Below are positions 56,742-64,000 of a stretch of 64,000 nucleotides of DNA, in pieces; within the stretch, counting starts at the first letter, position 1; each line of letters starts with the position of its first letter. Source of the DNA: Octopus vulgaris (Eukaryota); NCBI GenBank assembly GCA_951406725.2, contig OX597831.1, positions 14,012,001 through 14,076,000 of the forward strand. Direction: 5' to 3'. A program made the translations under genes and the position numbers. A model generated the notes under the pieces. It did no database searches, was not told where the DNA came from, and was given only the letters and a program-made list of their open reading frames with translations.

Positions 56742-56804
56742 GGGGTCTAAAGTTTCGAAATTGCTATCAATAATATTCTTGCTTAAGAATTATATATGTA
56801 AGGG

Positions 56805-57085
56805 TAAAAAGGGCAAGGCGCATAAGGGACCCCTTCAGTTATGAATGTCCATGGGATTGCACCTAGAAAGTTCCCCACCGAGGCACAAGTATGGGCAATG
56901 TTGTTTGTGGAAGGTCAGCAGTCGCCCATACGTATCAGCCTACTCTCTCCACGCCACTGATGATATCCAAGGGAAAAGCAAAGGAGCCGATACAGCTTGG
57001 CACTAGTGACGTCACAACTCATTTCTACAGATGAGTGGAGTAATGTGAAATAAAGTGTCTTGCTCAAAAACACAACACAGACCGT
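56805..57085 (-). mobile_element. SINE family C variant, headless, third tail type
   Basis: AAGTGTCTTGCTCAAAAACACAAC central motif joined to a distinct 3' segment. Confidence 0.5.
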
Positions 57086-57174
57086 GTGTATGTGTCTGTG
57101 TGTCTGTCTGTGCATGCGTGCGTGTGTCTGTGTAGTGTTTGTAAATCCTTATTGCCTCCTTCTTCTTAATATAT

Positions 57175-58013
57175 TATTTTTTTTCCTTCCTTCTTCAAAT
57201 TTTCTTCCATTTCTCGCCGAGCGTTTTCCGTACACTTAGGGCAGAGAAGCTTATTGTATGCATTCCCAGATTACACATGCAAATTCACAGGTAAAATATG
57301 TATTTAAAAATTAATAAATAAATAAATTCATGAATGGTTGTTGTTTTCACAGCGATAGTGCTCTTCTCAGAACATGAGCCGTTCCAGTTAACACGATTTT
57401 TTGCACTTCTTGTAAGGATGGTAAGCCTGGTATCATTTTCAAATAGGTTTCAGTACCTTTTTTTATCATTCCTAGAGCTCCTACAATAACTTGGTACTGT
57501 AGACGCCTTGAGATGCCACATTTTTTCAATTTCTATTAGCAAGTCTTTATATTTACTGATCTTGTCAAATTCTTTCGCCGCTATATTGTGATCGCAAGGA
57601 ATACTCATGTCAATTAATAAACACATCCTTTTTGTCTGATCTTTTATAATAATATCCGGTCTATTAGCTTTTATAGTCCTGTCCGTCTGCACGGGGAAGT
57701 CCCATAGAATCGACATATTTCCTCCCTCAGTCACAGCTTCGAGATGATGTTTATACCATTTGTTGGTGGTTTTGATTTTATAATGCTGACATAGTTTAGT
57801 GTAAATACATGTCTTGCTTTATATTCTACAGATGCTAAAACTCTACACCCTGAGATTAGGTGGTCTATAGTTTCAATCTCATCGTTAAAGAATCGGCATT
57901 TTGGGTCAGCTCCATTTTACATCACATTGGCTTGGTAGTTCCGGGTTAATAATCTTTGGTGTTGAGCAGCTAATATGAAACCTTCACTCTCCGCTTTTAG
58001 CCCTGAGCTTCGT
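57175..58013 (-). mobile_element. R4/Dong-like 3' fragment next to (ATT)n
   Basis: RSSGLKAESEGFILAAQ, CRF..ETIDHLISGC, ANRPDIII..LIDMSIP and GTAHVLRRALSL*. Confidence 0.9.
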
Positions 58014-60165
58014 ATTACTATTATTATTATTATTATTATTATTATCATCATCATCATTATCATCATTTCTAAATCTCTCCATGAGAGATATTCTGTAACA
58101 GTTCTTTAAAGTAAAGACTATTTGCCAACATAATGTGGCTGTCATGGAAGGAACGTTCGTTGATGTTATTTAGCCCCAGGAAACATCGTTTCCAGCTCGC
58201 TATAGGACACAATATCGGTGTCCTTATATTTTCGAACAGGGAGGGCAGCACTCCCATCCAGCACAAAACAACATCTGTGGACTGGATTCTGGGTTATTGA
58301 TCTTCATCAACAGAGAGTAGCTGCTTGGCTAGGTGGCGTTGCTGAACTCACCGTTCGAAAATGTACAGTTTTCAAAGTGAAACACAGTTGCTGTTCTAAT
58401 AAAATAGAAATATTATTATTATTATTCTAAATCTCTCGATGAGTAACATTTCTTTAAAGTAAAGGCTATTTGCCAACATAATCTGGCTGTCCTGGAAAGG
58501 ACGAAATTACTGCTGTTTAGCTATCCTGGTTTAATCCCTTTGTCTGCCCTTGTTTGTTCCCTCTATGTTTAGCCCTCTGTGGGCAATAAAGAAATAAATA
58601 TTCTTTTGACCCATCGGTCTCAGTATTTTCAACTTTTACTGTAGGTAATTTCCTTTTTCTTATTTTGTTCTAGAATGTTCTGACTAACGTATCACGCCTC
58701 ATGGAAAGATAATACCTAGAAGACATCATCATCCACATTATTGCAGTTGGCAATAATGAGGATGATGTTTTCGGTTTTATTTTTGCTCAGCCTACATTTC
58801 TTATCTGTGAACACTTCTATCTTTTCTGCTGCAAGAACTCGGAGAATATCTCTTGTTCGTGAATGGCTTCGAAGCAGCCTTCAATGTCGGATTTCATACA
58901 CTTGTCGGAATTTTATGCGAAGCCTTTCGTATAGTTAATTCCCTTTATGCCTTGTTTCTTTCATGCCAAGCCCCAGGAACTGTCTTCTCAGGGAACAGGT
59001 CCAGTTTTTTTTTTTCTTCTTTTGATGACTAAAATTGACCAATGCTCCTTGGGGAGGTATCTGTATCAACTCTTATTTCATGCCTCTCCTGGCACTCGGG
59101 GCTGATTGGACTTATACGATTCCCATTCTGTCATTTCCGTTCTATTAGTCACTCCTTCTCTCACCCCCCCCTTGCTGTGACCAACCCCGGCATCGGCACC
59201 GCGCTACTCCATACACCCAATCCGTCTTTCCTTCCTATGACGTTGGTCTTCTGAAATTCCTTCCCAGCTCCTGTTTTGATTTGTAAAGGGGCGAGAGAAA
59301 TAATAACATCATCAGTCTCCAATTTCCTCGGTTTTAGAAGGGCCGAAAGTGTCATGGCCACAACACAATCCTCTAAACACAGTAAGTAAAAACAAGACAT
59401 TGCTATGTCCATTTCTAAACTGATCGTTCTATTTCAATAACTGAATTGTGACTACAAATAGCATCCATCTTGAATAAACCACCTCCGCTACCCTCGACAT
59501 CAATTGCTCCCATAACTACACAATTATATTCTTCTACTGGTATTGGTTTCCGATTTTGGCACTGGTCCAGCAATTTCAGTACTTATTTTATCGACTCCGA
59601 AAGGATGAAAGTCAAAGTCGATCTTGGCGGAATCTGAACTCAGAACGTGAAGATGGATGAAATACCGCCAAGCATTTTCCCCCGTCATGCTAACGTTTTT
59701 GCCAGCTCATCGCCTTTTACTCTATTGATATTAAAGTTTAAAAAACTTAAGGCGGTGAACTGGCAGAATCGTTAGCATGCCGGGTTAAATGCTTAGCGCT
59801 ATTTCGTCCGTCTTCACGTTTTGAGTTCTAATTGCGCTATGGTCGACTTTCGGGGTCGATGAAATAAGTACCAGTTGAGTACTGGGACCGATGTGATGGA
59901 TTTACCATCACAGCCCCCGAAATTGCTGGCCTTATGCCAAAATTTGAAATCGATATTAAAGCTCAAAATAAGGTGGCCGACAGGCAGACTCGTTACCACG
60001 CTGGAGGAAATTCTTAACGACATTTCTTCCGAATCTCTACGTTCTAAATTCTAGGGGGCCGATAAAATAGGTGGCTAGTTGCTAGTTTCGATACAGTCGA
60101 TTTGCCCCTCCTCTCAAAATTGGTTTTGAAGCTAAATTAGAAAGAACATTTATTAAAGTAAAAAA

Positions 60166-60205
60166 TTGCACTGATGAAGTCAGTATGATTGAAACGCGTA
60201 TGTGA
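60166..60205 (+). ncRNA. 40-nt minimal type I hammerhead, canonical core
   Basis: TTGCA CTGATGA AGTCA GTA TGATT GAAAC GC GTA TGTGA; stems I and II pair fully with G-U allowed; palindromic ACGCGT stem III. Confidence 0.75.
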
Positions 60206-60981
60206 CTGGAATATTATTGATTAAGCACAAAATGGATTAACCGGTCTGTATTAGTTTGCTTTTTAGATTTAATTCGAAATTATATAAAGTAAAATAAATT
60301 GCTAGTATTAAAACGAGTTTGCTTCAGTTTATGATATGAAAAAAGAAAATGGTGAACCCGGATACAGAGAAGATAGATTACTTGGGTGGGGCTGCAGGGA
60401 ATCATATTTTTTATTTCATCTGAAGTTCATTCCTTCGCACGTTCTAGGAATTACGTACATTAAAATAAACAAAAGGGTGTGTGTAATAGACGGAACCGGA
60501 ACTCCACGAATAAGGCATGAGGACTGCTAAGATAAAAATCTATTATGCATGTATGCATGCACGCGCGCACACACACATTTATTTACACACACATACATAT
60601 TTATACATATATATATTTATAAATGTTTATCTATATATATGCCTTAAATAAAAATGTGTGTGTGTGTGCATGTAAGGTGTATATGTAATTATATATGCAA
60701 CCATTTATTAAGGTTTATGATCTTATAGTTGACTCGGAGTTCAGTTTTTATGTCACTTATGATGACTCCACCAATTTCCATTTTATTAATTCTGATCGTA
60801 CTTAAATAGAACAAAAAATATATATAATAAAAACATAATACTGCTAAACAAAAAACCTGTTTTTTCTAAAACGTTATTAACTCTTTATTTCAAGAAACTA
60901 TTGTTTATGAAGCTGTATATGGAATCTAGCTGGTATCGATTCTTGTTAGACGGAAGGAAAAGAAATTTGCTGGTGTGTTAA

Positions 60982-61223
60982 CCCATTCATGCCGATCATC
61001 TGTTTAAACTGACAATTTATAAGGGTGTAAAACAAAATACTTGATACAAATTGTGATTTGTGTATGATCTGCATTAAAGAATGAAACATGTTCTTAACGC
61101 GCGTGCACTCTGTATCAAACGGATTTCAATGACATTTTTTAGGGTTTTTATTTAGCTCAAGATAATAGCATCTGTGGATTTTCAGGCAATTTCATTCACT
61201 AGAAAAATTTCGGCACGAATGGG
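60982..61223. mobile_element. piggyBac-type MITE
   Basis: TTAA|CCCATTCATGCCGA ... TCGGCACGAATGGG|TTAA. Confidence 0.88.
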
Positions 61224-61303
61224 TTAAATATTCTACAGAGTAAGGCAGTATTTGCAATGAAATAACCAGCATCCAGCACAGAAAGGAATGGTCTAACGTT
61301 TAA

Positions 61304-61500
61304 CTCTTTAAACTGTCCGCATCCAACCTAAACATTCTACTTGTTTTATGTTCGCATTGGCCAGATCTGGCCTCATGCACCTGTCCGACACTGCCATTCT
61401 AAAAATGAACAGTCATATCGTTGAATTGCCGAAGCTACAAGATAATGCGTAATTAATCCACGATATGACATTTGAATGGATTATCTGAATTGCTAAACGG
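61304..61500. mobile_element. Possible degenerate piggyBac-type MITE
   Basis: TTAACTCTTTA at left, TGCTAAACGGTT at right; both ends imperfect. Confidence 0.4.
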
Positions 61501-62046
61501 TTGGATTAATTTCAAAACTAAGTTCACTGAATTTCATTACCGCTGTGTGGTAAGAAGTTTGCTTCCCAACCATATGGTTCCGGGTTCAGTCTCACTGCGT
61601 TGCACCTTTGGCGGGTGTCTTCTGCGTTGATGGCATTCTGCTTTGAACAGACCAAAACCCTGCGAATAGATGTGGTAGACGGAAACTGAAAGAAGTCGTG
61701 TGTGTGTATTTGTGTGTGTGTGTGTGTCACCACCGCTTGACAGCCAGTATTATTGTGTCGATCTCCTCGAAGCCTAGCGGTTCGATTAAACTTCTTCAAG
61801 GCGGTGCCCCAGCATGGCCGCAGTCTAAATATTGACTCAAGTAAAAGAAAATAAAGGCGGCGTGACTACATTAGAAGCATGCCCTATTTCAGGGGCACAT
61901 GTTCAGGAGAAATTTTTTCAGCGTGTAATAAAGGCTTAGCTTTGCATATAGGACCTAGACAAGAGTGTTAGACATTTTCTTTTTAAAGACATGCGTCTTA
62001 CACGCCATCAAATTCATTATATATTAGTGTTTGGGTAAGATATTAA

Positions 62047-62635
62047 CCCTTCGTGGAACGTTGGGGTTGTAAATATGCAAAGGCCATTGGGGCCCCGGGG
62101 GACCCTCTGTTATTTTTGCGCATTTCCGCACTATCCATAAAGTAATATATGTTTAATCTTGTATGTACGTATGTGTGAGTGCACTTTATAGGTATATATT
62201 TGTAATTATTAGCGTTTAATGGAGGGGAATTAAAATATAATTTATGGACTGAAAAAATCTTTATTGAAAGAAATTAATTTTTTTATAGTTTTATAAGGTA
62301 TACATATAGCACTAAATATAAAATATAACAAAATTATTCGTACCAGTACAAATACGAAGAAAATTGACTTATAGTTCATCAGAATATCTGAAAAAAAGAA
62401 CAGAAAAAATAATTTCACAGAAGGGCAATGGGTCCAGTTGGACCCCAAAGACCCTATTTTATGCTGTAACATCCAGATGGCTGGAAATGTTTAACTCGAA
62501 ATTTTGTATGTGCGTACATAAACTATTGACAATAAAAGTCATGGGATATAAAATCATTTAGAGAAAAAAATTTAAAAGTTGCGTGAGTTTTAAAATTTGC
62601 TGAGATCCCAAGGGACCCCGCCGGCACACGAAGGG
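62047..62635. mobile_element. piggyBac-type MITE
   Basis: TTAA|CCCTTCGTG ... CACGAAGGG|TTAA, with repeated internal GGG(T/C)CC..GGACCC motifs. Confidence 0.88.
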
Positions 62636-63082
62636 TTAATAAATAATCGAAAAAACCCCCCAAAATAAGCTTCTTTTAAAACAAAAATGTGCCAACTTAC
62701 GAGGGAATAACTGGATTAGTTAAGGTAAATATTTTCTTAATAGGTAAGTCATTTGAATTTGATGAAATAATAAATCGAATCTTAATGTTTATTGACTTAC
62801 GAAGTATATTACTTTATTGCATTCTTTTAACGATAGAACTCGGAGCAGATAAAGCTACAAATAATAGCAGGATATTGGATTAAGGATCCCTTGGATAGAA
62901 AAAGAGTTCAAGACTGCCTGTGGGACTCGAACCACATCTGTAATCACGACAGACGTTGTAACCATTATACCAAAGCAACACCTTGAAATTAACTGGTTCC
63001 TTTTTAGAAGCGTTCTTCTTACCATTAGACATTTTACTTTATAAGAACATAGAGAGATACGAAGGAAATTATGCTTTTTCTT

Positions 63083-63458
63083 CAAGGCGGCGAGATGGTG
63101 GAAACGTTAGCTCGCCGGGTGAAATGCTTAGCGACATTTCGGTTGTCTTTACGTTCTGAGTTCAAATTCCGCCGAGGTCGACTTTGCCTTTCATTCTTTC
63201 GAGTTCGATTAAATAAGTACCAGTTACGCACTGGGGACGATGTAATCGACTTAATCCGTTTGTCTTTCCTTGTTTGTCCCCTCTGTATTTAGCCCTTTGT
63301 GGGTAGTAAAGAAATAGGTATTTCGCCTGTTTTTACGTTTGCATTTCATCCTTTCGGGATCGATAAATTAAGTACTTGTTGCTTACTGGGTTCGATCTAA
63401 TCGAGTGGCCCATCCACTCCAAAAATTTCGAACCTTGTGCCTAGAGTAGAAAAGATTA
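63083..63458 (+). mobile_element. Dimeric family B SINE
   Basis: Head + Nin-like domain + tail 1, then a second Nin-like domain + tail 2; same layout as 46845-47222. Confidence 0.85.
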
Positions 63459-64000
63459 TTGTTGTTTTTATTTTATTTTCTTATCCAAAGGTATTTTAAC
63501 AGAGTATTCTACACGTTATTATTTATAGAATTATCTACTTCTAAATCCAATGTAAACAAAAAATATCCTCACACATTTGTCCAGTGCAATTTATACTTTA
63601 ATTTGCGTAACAAATTATCAAATTATTTAGAACTCCATGCGTATTTCTGTTCATGTTTAGTAATTGTATCTTTTGTTTTGAAATCTGGATTTGATTATTA
63701 CTCAGGGTATATGTAAAAAAAAAAACGAACAAAACGTACGTTTCATTAACACAGGGTTATTGTAAATTGCACAATGTAAAATGCATGGTCAGGACTTATT
63801 GTTAAGTCGTCAGAGACGTGTAAACTTTATTCGTAACATTTCTGCATTGAAAACGTGGAAAGATGAATACAACTGTACCTGATTGCATAGGGGAAAACGC
63901 TTAATATTGGTGTTAGATGGAGAAAATTATCATACAGCAGAAAGAGAGGGAGGCAGAGAGAAGATTAGATGATAGGAGGAAGCTAGTTAATATAGATGCC

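Noticed and set aside
58700-59420. Minus-strand KSDIEGCFEAI (like RT motif A) and GRKDGLGV (like APE motif)
   Set aside because: Short isolated matches bounded by stops; no further RT motifs in order. A frameshift-aware HMM search would settle it.

Overview
AT-rich, microsatellite-saturated eukaryotic non-coding DNA. The SINE repertoire suggests an octopus/cephalopod intergenic or intronic region (inference, not database-checked). I found no host exon I can support; most listed ORFs are translations of (TA)n, (CA)n, (TACA)n or (ATT)n. The real coding remnants all come from transposons: a near-complete DD34D mariner (49077-50366), two DD37D maT copies, a Tc1 half, five R4/Dong-like non-LTR 3' fragments, two CR1-group LINE 3' ends and several MITEs. 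At least three tRNA-derived SINE families are present in many copies. The main signal is about 17 whole or half type I hammerhead-ribozyme motifs with short palindromic stem III, the form known from Penelope-like elements. Many abut (TA)n and occur in fold-back arrangements, and some have non-canonical cores (G3-C8, U4C). One family, seen in 3 copies plus an inverted half, joins a tRNA-like Pol III head, an (AAT)n spacer and a hammerhead. It is a candidate ribozyme-bearing SINE/retrozyme moved by Penelope-type machinery, and its (AAT)n spacer is itself hit by R4/Dong-type insertions. All structures were folded by eye, and boundaries of degraded repeats are approximate.
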